37,391 nt of DNA from Amoebophrya sp. A120 (taxonomy: Eukaryota; Protista; Dinoflagellata): assembly GCA_905178155.1 (NCBI GenBank), contig CAJINV010000046.1, positions 1 to 37,391 on the forward strand, in the 5' to 3' direction. The notes under the pieces are model-generated. The model made no database searches, was not told where the DNA came from, and saw only the letters and a program-made list of their open reading frames with translations. Position 1 is the first letter of the stretch. Each line of letters starts with the position of its first letter. A program made the translations under genes and the position numbers. This document shows positions 21,701 through 33,774 of this stretch, piece by piece.

Positions 21701-24700
21701 AAAAACCGGAAGGGCCCCCACACACAATGGCCCCGGCCTTTGGGTGGAAATCATACGCAAAGGCGCACGGGGGAATGTTGTTCTGCGGCTTTGGTGCAGG
21801 CGTTGGTGGTTGCGCGTCTGCAGCAACCGGCAAAGCCCCCGAAGAACGAGGCCGCGCGCCGCATTCCGGAAGCCTGTGCTGCTAGACATGCAACCTGCGG
21901 ACCGCGCTAGCGGTTCGGCTTTACTATTTTCACCCCCCCGGAAAAAAGCCCCTCACCCCCCCCTCCCGGAGAGGCGAAAGCGCCAGCATTCCATCGGGGG
22001 AAGCTTCGAAACCACCCCCCCCCCTCCGGGACCGTTCACCCCCCCCCGACAGGGGCCTTCCCGATGCCCCTCAAAGACAGAGGCCCCCGAGGAAAGGCGT
22101 CGCGGCGCGGCGTAGTGGGCTGCCTAAATGTGTGAGCGCTGCAGGCCTTGCGCACCGGCGGGCGGGCATAGGCGAGCGGCCTTCCGGGCGTAGCAGGACA
22201 CCGCTAGGCCCTTGCGAATACAACAAAACCCGCACTGCCCTGCCTAAGCAGTGCGACGCGCCCGCCCGGGCCCGCCTGCCAGCACGGCCATGGCCTTTTT
22301 GCTTCGCAGGGCCCGCGCTGCTCTCCGGCGTGCCTAAGCGACAGCAAAGGGCGCGGTGGTTTTTCGGACCGACCCCGGGGCCCTTTGCGCTTACTCTGCA
22401 CCCGCCCCGGGATTGTTTCTGATCCTAGCGGCCTCTGCATCGCTGCGCGCGCCGAATCACGAAACTCCGCCCGCCACGGGGACAGCGGCCTTGCTGGCGG
22501 TTGGTAGTTCTTTCGCAGACCCCAAATCCGCCCCGCAACCAAACAAGGAGGGGCGAAGGCACTGCGCGGCGCGCCCTCACGCCCCTAATTTTTTGGCACG
22601 CGCACCCCGGGCCCCCCGCCGCCATCGGGCCTCGGCAACCAAGGGCCGGCGACCGTGAATGTGTTGCGAGGCGGGCAGCTGTTTGCTTTTATTCACTTCT
22701 GCCCAAAACAGTTCGCCAGCGCCACCGCCTGCCCAGCGCCCAAGCGTGACCCTCACGCCCTTTGGGCTTTCGCTGCCTGCGTGGGCCCCCTCCTCGGCCG
22801 TGGCCGACTGTGGCGGCATGATGCGCGTGCCGCTGCGGATGGCCAATCGCCGGCATCTCCCGGCGCGTATGTCTGCAGCGCCAGGGCGGTGGCCGTCTCT
22901 TGTGCCCAGGTGCCGGCATGAGGCCCCCTTCGGGGTGGATTACGTGGCAGGCCGCCCACGGTTTGCCACCGGGGCAAAGCGGGCAGGAAGCCGGCGCGCC
23001 GCCTTCGCGCACGATAGAGGAGGGGGCCCCCCAAAGCCCCGCCCGGGCGGTCCGGCCTTTCGCCTTTTTTCTCGGCCGGGCCCGGGGAAGTTCATGCCCC
23101 CGCCTTCATATTTCCCGGCGGAGTGCGCCTGTGTGATATCCAGCCGCGGGGCCCCCCGCGCTTTTGTCATCTCGATAAGCCCCCCCAAGGTTGGGAGGCT
23201 CGCTGGGTTTCCCGCCATTCCTGTGGCGCCAATTTCGCACGAAGGTGCGCGAGGCCGGTGCGCGCGTACTAGTGGCGCGGCCTGTTTGCCTTCGCCAGGC
23301 CAATCGGTTTGGGTTTTGCGGCAGAATCATAGACACAAACAAAGGAGCAAGGCGGCCGCCGCCCAATTCCGCGACCCCTGGCCCCCCCAGCCCGCGGCCA
23401 AATGTCGGCGACCACGCGCCACAGCCTGCGCACGGGCCGCGCCTCGTTTGTGGTCTCGCCGCCCTATTGCCATAGCGCCGCCACAGCTTTGCGGTCATGG
23501 GTGCTGGCGGTTCCACGTTCGCGCACCGCTCCGAGACGGGTCCGCGCCTCAGCTTCCTGCTTTACCACCCCGCCGGCTACCGCAATATCGGGCTCCGTCT
23601 TCATTTCGCAAGCGGGCCTTCTGCTATTAGTCACAGTAATGGGGCCAGTAAATGCACATATTGCTAGGCATTTAGGTGGCATATGAAAAAAAAAAAATTT
23701 TTTCAAAAAAAATGAGCTCGCGCCGCCATACCAAAGGGCGGCGCTAACAAAGGACCGGCTCCGTCTGCAAATGCTCCCGATGCGACGAGTGGATCCCCTC
23801 CTGCGGTAAAGAGAAAGACGAATTCCAATTCGATAGTTGTACCAAAAGCACCATCAGATCCTTCTCCCCCGTCTGGGGAAATAGCAAAGAGCAATCTTGG
23901 AGGGGAGCCCAGTACTGGATCGGTCACAGCGGAAGCGAATTCTAATATTAGTGGCGCAGGTAATTATCCACCAATAAAGCCGAGTATACTAAAGGGCACT
24001 ACGTCACCAGGTGCTTCGGCCCTCTCCGATGGTGATGGAACGTCCGCAGCTGTAACGGATGCTGATACGACTGATCCACCTCCTTCATCTCCTGCAGCTA
24101 CGAATACAACTGCGACGGCGACTGCGAACCCGGCCGGTCAAGACCATTCCCCCGCGAAACCAAAAGCCGGCGCACTAGTGCACTTTCAATCTTCTGGCAC
24201 TATCCCTAATTTAGCTCCCTCCCGACTGGACTCCACGGCGAGCAACTCAGCGGGCATGTCCATGGCGAGTGCTATGGCCGCGAAGCGGGCTGCGAAGACC
24301 ATCAAGGAAAAGGCACGGAAACTTCGCGACGAGCGGCTACAGAAGATCGATGCACTGAACCCCGCGGCCAACAACTTGGTGAAAGAGCGACGCGCCCTGC
24401 GGGGCCGGAAGGATATTTCGCTGATGCAGCGCATCGTGGTCTCGAAGCGGTTCGACTTCCTGGTCACGGTGTATCAAATGTAAAAGTGTCTGGGTCTGGA
24501 AACTTGTGATGCTGTGTTGCGTATCATGAGGACAGGAGGCCACAATTGCTGGCTCAGCATGCCAAGTTTCTGAGCTTCTAGGTGTTGCCTATTCTGCATG
24601 ACAAACTACGATTCTGCATGACAGAAAAGTGGGGCTCTTTGGTAATGTGCATGACAGATTTCAGAGTCATGCCAGACAAGCATGACAAACTTGCATTGTT

Positions 24701-27700
24701 CCAGACCCAGACATTTTTACATTTGATACGGTGCTAATCACGGCGAATTGCATCTTGATGGGGTTCGAATACCAACTAAGTGCGGACCACAAGGAGGACT
24801 ACGCCACCGGCATCGCCTATGGAAGCGTCAGGTTTGAAATCGTCAAAGTTGAAATAATGACACATCTACCCTGGTAGATTCTTTTCGTGGAGTGACTGGA
24901 AGGAGTTCCTCCGGTCGCCTTTGTTCATGGGCTGGCAGATCCCTAGAAGCTAATGCCTGGAGGTACTGGACTCCCTTCCCCTGCGAGAGGGGCGGGAGGG
25001 TGCCTCCCGTTCGCGGTGTTTGGATTGCGTTTTGAGCTGTTAGACGCAGCTATTTTTGTCTTTACGCACAGGCTTACATGTTCCGCTAGAGTGCGGAGCA
25101 CTGCCTAGAGGGCAGTCCCAGCGGGGACAGTTTGCGTTTGCCGATGCTTCGCTAGAGTGCGGGGCATTGCCTAGAGGGCAGTCCCAGTCGGGACAGTTTG
25201 CGTTTGCCGATGCCTTGCTAGAGTGCGGAGCATTGCCTAGAGGGCAGGCCCAGCGGGGACAGTTTGCGTTTGCCGATGCTTCGCTAGAGTGCGGGGCATT
25301 GCCTAGAGGGCAGCCCCAGTCGGGACAGTTTGCGTTTGCCGATGCCTTGCTAGAGTGCGGAGCATTGCCTAGAGGGCAGGCCCAGCGGGGACAGTTTGCG
25401 TTTGCCGATGCTTCGCTAGAGTGCGGGGCATTGCCTAGAGGGCAGCCCCAGTGGGGACAGTTTGCGTTTGCCGATGCTTCGCTAGAGTGCGGAGCATTGC
25501 CTAGAGGGCAGTCCCAGCGGGGACCGTTTGCGTTTGCCGATGTTTCGCTAGAGTGCGGAGCATTGCCTAGAGGGCAGTCCCAGGGGGGACAGTTTTGCGT
25601 CTGCCGATGCTTCGCTAGAGTGCAAGGAATTTGCCTTGAGGGTTGTCCCAGCGAGGACAGGTTGGCGCATGCTCGCCATGGGGGCGGCCTCAGCGGAGGC
25701 GGTGTCGCGGTGTTTTGCTACACGGCCGAGTCCAGTGGGGAGTAGTTTTGCGGACATTTACTATGGGGCAGTTTTATCGGAAGATGCGAAGACAGTGCTG
25801 CGTCAGCGTCGGTTTGTTGTGAGGCAGCCCCAGATAGAGTCGCGGGTATAAGCATTGGTAGCCTCAACGAGGATTGTGCCTTCTGCAGTTGGATCGTTAC
25901 CGCTGGAGGGGTTCTGGTGTGGCAGGCCTTCACAACGTTGTCGCTTTCGCTGTAGAGGTGAGGCTGGCCGCGGCCGTCCTGGGGTGTCCTTACCAGATTG
26001 AAAGGGCCACGGTAGTTAGCTTGGGCTGGCATGCGTCTATATGTATTTCTTCCATCCTTTTGGGCTCCAGTCTGGGCCGGGTTGTCACGTCTTGAGGGCG
26101 TCGCGGTATGTTTTCTACACTGGGCAATGGCCTTGCACTCTCGGGGCCGGCGGCCTCTTCTCCCTTGGAGATTGATGTTGGTATGCGCACTCCCCGACCA
26201 GAAGTTTTGCGGAGGCCCCCCCGCATCCGCGCGGGGGATCTCGGATGATATTCTCCAGAGACTGTTGCTGTTCCGTCTCTTCGTCTTCTTGAAAGTGCTT
26301 GCATTAGCGCGCCGGTAATGTTGGGGGCATTGTTTATTTGCCCAGAGGTCTTGTCTATTTTGCAATGTGACATCTTGTGGCCGGGGTCGCCACTGTTCGG
26401 CAGCGTCGTTTGGCGCCTTATTTCCGTGCTCTATGGTGGATATCGATATACCTTCATCTGTCCTCGATCCCGCCTTGCTTTGGGAACAGGGGTCGTTTGG
26501 CACTGGCGGTACCCAATCCGTTACCCTTGCGAACTTGTTCCCATGCTTTGGCTGGGGTTCTTGGTGTCCAATTTGTTCGCCCTCTGTTCCCTTAGCAGGG
26601 TGGGGCCGAGGATCCTCCAAGTCAATTACAATCTATTGCGCTACATACTGCTTCGTGCGGGACGATGGTTGTGGTTCTCTAGTGGCGGACCCGTCCTTCT
26701 TGACAGGCTGTCTCTATGGGCACGGTGTGGCCTCGTTGGCGCGCCGATACAATCATAGGCGCACGGATTCCTTCCGGCGGTAAGGGGCTCGCGCGCGAGT
26801 CTGTATGCCTTGGGGGCTACGATAGCGCTATCGTTCGCCACGCGCTCCTGGGGAGGGCTTTGCTTGTCGCTAGCCACGGCAGGCATTGCTAGGTCTAGTG
26901 CCTCTAGTGAGATTTTGGCGCCCGTGGAGGCGGAAGGGGGCCGCAAAGGGGCGGCTGTTCGTGCTCGGTCTTCGGTTGTTGGTCAGTATCCGGGAGTATG
27001 TAATGCCCTTGTTGCGGGCTTCTGTGGCTTATTGTTTGGCTTGTCCCGCGGGAAGCACTACCGGGGATGGCCCCCTGCTCTTTCAGTTGTGCGCCTCTGC
27101 GTCCAGTTGCAACGGCTTCTACTTTTGACCCGTTACACGGGGCAGTCTCTCCCGGCGGGCAGGGACGTACTCGAAGATGTTGCTCGCGTTTGGCTGGCGC
27201 TCGGGCGCTTTTGGTTTTGTGTCACGGAGACCGCTGCGCGCGCCGGGGCGGTTTGTCTCCAGGGCGCCTACGTTTCAAGTTTTGCGGGCTCTGAGGCTTT
27301 GCTGCGTTTATTCTGGCGGAATTGGTGTCATCACTGTATTGCCGGATCCGGATGTGGTTCGCTTTTTCGCGGTTACTTGGGGCTCGCCTTCCGTGCGGGC
27401 TATAGCTCCGAAGTAGGGGCCGGGGCAAGTGGGGCTGGGCTGGCGCTTCTCTCCCCCCATTCAACCACCTGCGGTGGGGTTCTGGGGGGTCTTGCCTGTT
27501 GGCCAGGTGGTGGTGGAGTGGGTCGTTCCCTGCTGCGGGAGCGAGGGTTCGACCCGCTCGACCCAGCCCCAATGGCGCCGTCCAACGGGTTACTCGGGTT
27601 GGTTTGGCGCATAGGATGACAGATGGAAGGAACGCAACGAAATTGTAATGCATAAAATGCGATACAAAAAGCGACTCTATTGCAGAGGACGCAAGGGAGG

Positions 27701-29372
27701 CAGATCATAATCCTGGTAAGGGTCAAAAGTTGGACTGCTGACTAGCATGACAGAAGGCAGCTCTTTTGCCCTAAACCGCATGACAGACTCGCTTCCAGGA
27801 CCGGGAAAATTTGTCATGCACCGACTACAAACTGCAGGTCTAACTGGTATCCGTTTTATGCATGACAAACTATTTCAACTTTGACGATTTCAAACCTGAC
27901 ACATCCATATCGCCATCGGCGACAGTCTGTTCTTGCTCTTCTTCACGGTGGAGCTGGTCCTGCGCTGCATGGCGTTCGGGGCGCGCCGAATTCTGTTCAA
28001 CTTCCAGTACTCCCTGGACGTGGCCGTGGTGTTGACCGGGTGGCTGTTCGATGTGTTCTTTCCCCTGGCGACCACGGGGACCATCACGGTGGCTGGAACG
28101 GACCAGAAGGGCGGTGTGCAGAGTGCGGTGAAGATCCTCCGCGTGTTTCGGGCCTTCCGCGTGCTGCGGTTGCTGACCATCTTCGAGCACTTGTGGCACG
28201 TGGTGCAGTTGTTCTTCTTCTCCCTGACCCCGTTGATGTGGACGGTTCTGTTCATCATGATCATCATCTTCCTGTTCGGGATCTTTTCCGTCGTCATCAT
28301 CGGGCAGAACGATAGCATGACCTACGAAGCGGACGACAACAACCCGGAACACGAGGAGGCGTTCGACAACGCGAAGTCCCTGTTCGGGACGACGCGGGAC
28401 AGCATCGTGTATTTGTTCCAAATGATGACGCTGGACGGCTGGACGGACATGGTCGTCCCCCTGTCCAACGACCACATTTGGCCCTACTTCTACTTTCTGC
28501 TCTTCATCTCCATCTCCGCCCTGGGGCTGATGAATCTGGTCACCGTGACCGTGCTGGAAACGGCCAGCCGCCAGCAGCGGGAGGTGCGGCGCAACCTGGA
28601 CATTGACGAGAAAATGGGGGAAATCCAGGACCTGCTCCAGTTCCCCGGACAGGAGGTGGTCAACACGACGCGGACCTTCTTCATCGAGAACTACAAGAAG
28701 TCGCTGGCGTTTCGCAAGGTGTTCGAAAAGCTGGACCTCACGGACGAGGACGCGGGCTACTTCTTCGACGCGATGGACCTGGACAGCAGCGGCGAGCTCG
28801 ACCCCTTTGAGCTGTCCACCACGTACATGGAGTTGACCACCTCCGTGATGAACTCCACGGCGTCCGTGGCCCTGATTCGTTCCGCCAATGTCCCGGAGGA
28901 GAAGGGCCGCATCCTGAAGGCGACGATGTTGCAGGCGCAGCAGAGCCGCTTCCAGGAGATCGCGAAGAAAAATTTCGACGACGGCCTCAAGGCCTCGTCG
29001 CGGGCGGCAGTCAAACAGAACGAGCAAATGCTGGCGGCGCGCGAGGATCGGGCGTCCATGAGCGAACGGCAGGACAAGATTCTGAACGAGCTCGCCGCGT
29101 TGCGTGAGGAAGTACAGGCCCTGAACTCGTTGCGGGAAGAGGTTTCCGCTATGCGCAGCGGGGGCACGATCAAAAGCGGCGGTGTCGTTGTTCCAGGGGG
29201 TACAATGGGTAGCCAGCATCCGTATAATAATCTTCACCAGCGCCCGTTCCGGTCCTCGAGCCGGAGTAGAGTAGATCCCGACCCGCAATTTGACGCAGTG
29301 GCCATGATGAGCCAAACGTCGGATGGAAAGAAAGCGCCGCGTGCAGTATCCTCGGTCGATTTAGTCATCTAG
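18709..29372 (+). CDS. Single-domain (6TM) voltage-gated Ca/Na-type channel with C-terminal EF-hand (approx. exons 18709-18908, 23736-24471, 24734-24817, 27915-29372)
   Basis: Spliced S1 FDFLVTVLITANCILMGFE, S2 DSLFLLFFTVELVLR, S4 KILRVFRAFRVLRLL, pore FQMMTLDGWTD, S6 LMNLVTVTV, EF-hand DLDSSGELDPFE. Confidence 0.88.
18909..23730. mobile_element. Giant TIR element / introner, 4822 bp
   Basis: About 45-bp imperfect TIR tatggcggcg(t/c)gagctcattttttt...; perfect TSD ccaaa (18904-18908, 23731-23735); removal joins ...RIPAP to KGGANKGP... in frame. Confidence 0.9.
24472..24728. mobile_element. Introner, family A, 257 bp
   Basis: tatcaaatgtaaaagtgtctgggtctggaa ... ttccagacccagacatttttacatttgata; TSD cggtg/cggtg; interrupts helix S1. 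Confidence 0.95.
24866..27615 (-). mobile_element. Nested, decayed, 5'-truncated non-LTR retrotransposon-like insertion
   Basis: Flanked by atgacacat/atgacagat. Minus strand has PLL..24 aa..YSDDT (RT-like spacing) near 27320-27420 and HLYSESDNVVKA (weakly RNase H-like) near 25920-25960; many stops. Confidence 0.5.
25084..25670. repeat. 66-bp tandem repeat, about 8 full units plus a degenerate one
   Basis: gctagagtgc recurs at 25085, 25151, 25217, 25283, 25349, 25415, 25481, 25547 and 25614. Confidence 0.95.
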
Positions 29373-29632
29373 AACTAGTACTTAGTCAACGAGGTGCTTC
29401 TGCTCCAGTCTTTCCATGGTTTACCAAAACAATTTAGGAACAGATTAATGGCACCAAGAACCCATTCTCTTGATTTGCCCTGCTCCTTCAGCGGTTTCTG
29501 AAACCCGACATTAGCAAGCGGCTTTCCTTGTGTGCTAACGCGGCTTTTTCGTACTTACGCAGTTTTCCAGCGCTAATAAACCGGTCTCCCCGAAGATGTC
29601 ATATGTCTTTTCAAACGCAAGCACAATGTCAT

Positions 29633-29945
29633 GATAAAAAATCAGAAAAAAACGAACCAGGAAGGGCGTTGTAAAAACAGGAGTACAATTTCTGTGCTCC
29701 GCGAAAATAGTATGAAAGATGAAAAAACAAGAAAAACACGTGTTCAACTAGTTCGTGTTTCAGATTTCGTTCTTGGGGTAAATAAATCTCCTTGTTGGTA
29801 CTTCCAATTGAAATTAGTTTTTGGCTCCTCCGTGAAATTTTCGCCCGATGGTTCACCTTCGGTTGAAGTCCCCTGGATGTCAAAATAGTCGCGTTCGTGT
29901 ACGTAGTCCCGACGTGCGCATCCACGTTTTTTTATTTCAATTTCA
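29633..29945. repeat. Dispersed intergenic repeat, copy 1
   Basis: Collinear blocks shared with 33393-33774: aaccagg.agggcgttg, tagttcgtgtttc, ttggggtaa.taaatctc, attttcgc.cg.tggttca.cttcggttgaa, tgtcaaaat, ccacgtttttt. Confidence 0.85.
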
Positions 29946-30073
29946 ATTTTATGTCCCAAGGAGAAGATGAGGAGTGCCAAGAACCAAGCCAAGCCTAAAC
30001 GAGCAATGAAAAAAGTGGTGAAGAGTTAGTGAGGTGAGAGTTGGCCCCCCTTCTCTCCGCTTGCTGGGAATCG

Positions 30074-30128
30074 CTACTACTACTAGCACTACTACTAGTA
30101 CTACTACTAGTACTACTACTTCTGCTAC
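30074..30128. repeat. Imperfect (TAC/TAG)n microsatellite
   Basis: ctactactactagcactactactagtactactactagtactactact. Confidence 0.9.
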
Positions 30129-30262
30129 ATCAGAAGTCAATGAGGTTCAAGGGTTGACTTTTTGGAAACCTGGACTTTATTTGATTCCTAGTTCTTCGAC
30201 TTGTTGAAGCCCTGTCGCACAGTCTGTCACGCGCACCATCCAGCGCTATACGTGAGAGCAAG

Positions 30263-33010
30263 ATGACGCCTCCACGAGGTTTTTTTACTTTTACGTTGTG
30301 CTTGCGGTACGGCTTGCTTCCGTGGCGCGGCGCAGGCGAGCTAGCGCCAACCCTCTTACCGGAGAACGTCACAGACGCCTTCATCGACCGCTCACCGCAT
30401 TCCCGCTACGACGACTCACAGCAAGTGCGCACGGTCGTTGTAGATACCGCCGCGGAGTTTACGGATGAGGAAGAACGGGCGGGCGAGTCGGGTTTTGTGG
30501 AGAAATCAATATCCGGCGATTCCAGCGCGATTGGAGAGTTAGAAGAAGCACCCTCCACCACTAAAATTGCGGCGGATGACCAGACGGAGCAAGGAGATTT
30601 TTACCGCGCTGCCGGGGAGAAGGGGTTGCAGCGGAGCGGACACGGGATTGGAGCGGATTACTCAGAAGTCGGAACGAATGACACGGAGTCCACAGGATCA
30701 GGAGTGGTCAACTCGTTTCTAGTTACAAAAGCAGGCGCATCCACATCAACTTCAACAAGATTGGCGGATACCGTTCGCCACACAGCAAAAGCGATCGGAG
30801 GGGTTGGCTCCATGTACATGGGACTACCTACCGTGTGGGGCGAACGGATTGGTGACCTGGTTGCGAGAGGAACCCTGCGAGGAGGTAAGCTGGCCATCGA
30901 GGCAGCGTGGAGACTCCAAGAGGCAATACGCGAGAAGATGATGCACGGCGTGCAAATTTTGTTTGACCTGTCGCAGCGAAAGCTCCAGGAGATTTCCAAG
31001 AAGTGGGAAGAGCACAAGCAGAGACATCCCAGCCTCGCGTGGTTTGCTGTGCACGTGGTGGAGGCAGAACCAGGTGCCCTAGTACGTCCTCTAGCAGACT
31101 TCATCGGAACACAGATCGCCGATCACCACAGGAAGTTTTCGCTTTGGACGCACTTGCAGAAGTGGTTCTGGGAGGACCTTGGCGTGCTCAACTCCATCCA
31201 GCAGCTGCATGTTGTGACGGACAAAGATTCCTATCGCGAACTGAAAGGGAAAAGCGAAGCTGGAGACACCGACTACAACAAAAACTTGGTGTTCGAAAAC
31301 CACGCATGGCTCAACAGCCTCGCTGATCGTGATCGGGAAGATCACTCTGCTCCTGGTCTTGACCGATGGCGGAAAGCAGAGCTTTATCGTACAATGGTGT
31401 TTGCTAAAGCTGTGTACGAAGCGAACCCGATTGACGCAATCAAGAAGCCTGGCGCTTTTCTTATAGAAAGCGCAGCGCCGGGGGTGACAGATGAGGATCG
31501 GGAGATGAAAGACCACTCGGGAAGAAAGGAATATGTAGACGACTTTAGCAATGTGGACCAGTTTGCGTACTATATCGACGCGAAGCTCAACGAGCCTGCG
31601 TACATGATCCTGCGGGACGACTTGTTGCAGGCTATTGTCGTGGTGATTCAAGGGACTGCCGGCCCGGCCGACATCCGAACGGATCTGCACTATGGAGACT
31701 GCTGGGTGCCGTTGGCGGACTTCGGCGTCGGCAATGAGAAGTTGCATCACCATTCTGTCGACCACGAAAAACAGGCCGTGGAGCACAACCCGCATCATCC
31801 GGCCGTGCACAAACACCCGGACCCGCAACACCGTCACTCGCATGACGCAAATCACATTTGTACACGACAGAAGCACAAACGAGACAAGCAAACCCACTCC
31901 GTGAATGAAATGGTCCGAGTACACGCGGGCTTCTTCAAAGCAGCGCACTACGTCAGCTTCAAGACGTTCAAGCTCGTGCACAACATGCTGAAACACGATG
32001 AACATGAAAAGTACAAACGTGTGATCATCACAGGCCACTCTCTTGGTGCCGCTACTGCTCAGTTTGTTTACGCCATGTGGCGCGGAACGAAAGCGTTCCA
32101 TGACATCGACCACGCGCGAAAGAAACACGCCAAGAAAGCGAACCGCGACCATCACCCTATTGAAGTCAAGTGCTACGCCCACGCGAACCCGGGCATGATC
32201 AGCACGCACGCCCAGGTGCACCATTTGAAGGAGCAGGCGAGAAAAGGCACGATCAAGGCCTCTGACTTACTTTTCCCGTTCAAATCGTTTCTCACTACCA
32301 TATTCACTGGAAATGTGTCAATGTTTGGGTGTGGCGGAGTACAAAACCGTTTCCATGTCTAGGTACTTATTCTGCAACATGAGAGACTTCGCTCGTTGCG
32401 TCGCAAGAAATGGACAACTTGTGGCACTCATGTAACGCGGATGTCTGTGTAATGGCGTTCCACTAGAGAGCTAGCATTACATCACGAGCAAAGCTCGTAT
32501 CCGTATCGTTCCAGACCCAGGCATAACTTGGTTTGCAATGCATAGATCATAGCCGGCTACGACGTCGTGCCGCGTGTGAACTACCCAGAGCGGCTAAAGA
32601 ATATGGCGGATGCGGCTTTCGCTGTTCTAAGCACAGCCGACACGGAGTCCGAAAACTGGAACAGCGAAAATTCGGCTGCCAGCGATCTCTGGACAGCAGT
32701 CGACACAGCCCAGTCTGAAGAACTGAAGCAACCCACCGACGCGAAATCTGGTGGAGCACTCCCGTCTGGGCAACTGGTGCTGTATTTGCCGGGGCCACCG
32801 GAACCCGCACCACCAGAAGAAAGCCATGTGGCGGGAGTGTTTGGCTTTGCAATTGTTCATCAAGAAACCTTTAAAAATCCTATTTTCAGCATGAAAGCGT
32901 TACTTTCGCATGACGGTGCGAACTACATCGCGAAATTGGCAAAGCTGTTTGTTTCTACTCCCAATGGGCTGCTGCGTCCAATTGCTCGCGACAGCATGCA
33001 TTCTGCGTAA
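30263..33010 (+). CDS. Class 3 lipase (alpha/beta hydrolase), 2 exons (approx. 30263-32300, 32550-33010)
   Basis: IVVVIQGT, VHAGF, ITGHSLGAATA (GxSxG), spliced AGYDVVPR (Asp), SHDGANY (His). Possible N-terminal signal sequence. Confidence 0.88.
32301..32544. mobile_element. Degenerate introner related to family A, 244 bp
   Basis: tattcactggaaa...tgggtgtgg / ccagacccaggc...tttgcaatgcata; TSD tacca/gatca; removal is needed to link the catalytic Ser exon to the Asp/His exon. Confidence 0.75.
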
Positions 33011-33392
33011 TCGCTTATCTGTGAATCCCGTTGTAGTTATTTTTCTCATATGAATCTGGTTGACGTTGAGTTCTGCTTTTGTTCGTAAAAGTATTCTATT
33101 GGTTTTTTTTTGCACTGCAAGCACTTTTTTTCCTTGTTTTCGTTTTGCTTGTAGAAAATCGATTTGCTGTCCCTTCTACTCTGCGAAAGAAATAACGGAG
33201 AACGTCTCCTCTGTCAAAAAAATCAAATAAGCAAAAGAAAAAACACAAAAAAAATACTTCTAGGGCCGATTCCAAAAACACAAAAACGCACTTAGCGCAA
33301 AAAATAGCGCACTCTGCTCACACTACGCAAGTACAAAAAAAGGCCCAGGGCTGGCAATAAAAATAGAAAACGCGCTCTGCGCGCAATTTCGC

Positions 33393-33774
33393 GATAAAAG
33401 ATCGGGAAAAAACCAGGCAGGGCGTTGCAGAAGCATTTCTGTGCGAATTCTCGTCTTCGATTGTAATTTATTTAGTTGATCTCATACTAAAAAGAAGCAT
33501 TCCCGTGCGCGGAAGCATTTCCGTGCGCGGAACACCGCTCAATTAGTTCGTGTTTCGGACTTGGTTGTTGGGGTAATAAATCTCTTCGTTGGTTCAACTT
33601 GGAATTAGTTTCTTTGGTTATGGTTATGGTTTTGGTTCCTCACCCTCAGTGAATGTGAAACAATTTTCGCTCGGTGGTTCATCTTCGGTTGAACTTGAAA
33701 TCCCTCGGTGTCAAAATTCTTGTCGTATTCGTGCAGTCCCGTTCGCACCCACGTTTTTTTGAATTTCAAGTTCA
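33393..33774. repeat. Dispersed intergenic repeat, copy 2
   Basis: Homologous to 29633-29945, same orientation. Confidence 0.85.

Larger units (their letters stand above)
24818..27909. mobile_element. Introner of 3092 bp (about 333 bp without the nested insertion)
   Basis: 39-bp TIR with a perfect 30-bp core (24827-24856 / 27871-27900); TSD tcgcc/tcgcc; removal gives YATGIAIGDSLF. Confidence 0.93.

Noticed and set aside
23230-23350. Minus-strand C..C..DW...H....P.C pattern resembling a BIR or other zinc finger
   Set aside because: Contains a stop and the spacing is loose; not supportable without a profile search.
18964-23630. Many overlapping ORFs inside the giant element
   Set aside because: R/A/P/G-rich translations expected from high GC; no transposase motif identifiable by eye.
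24880-24960. HDV-like ribozyme suggested by gaagctaa
   Set aside because: Could not build the P1/P1.1/P2/P3 double pseudoknot.
25084-25670. CRISPR-like array or real repeat protein (ORF 25056-25745)
   Set aside because: Contiguous units with no unique spacers and no cas genes; the ORF follows from a 66-bp stop-free unit and has no ATG start.
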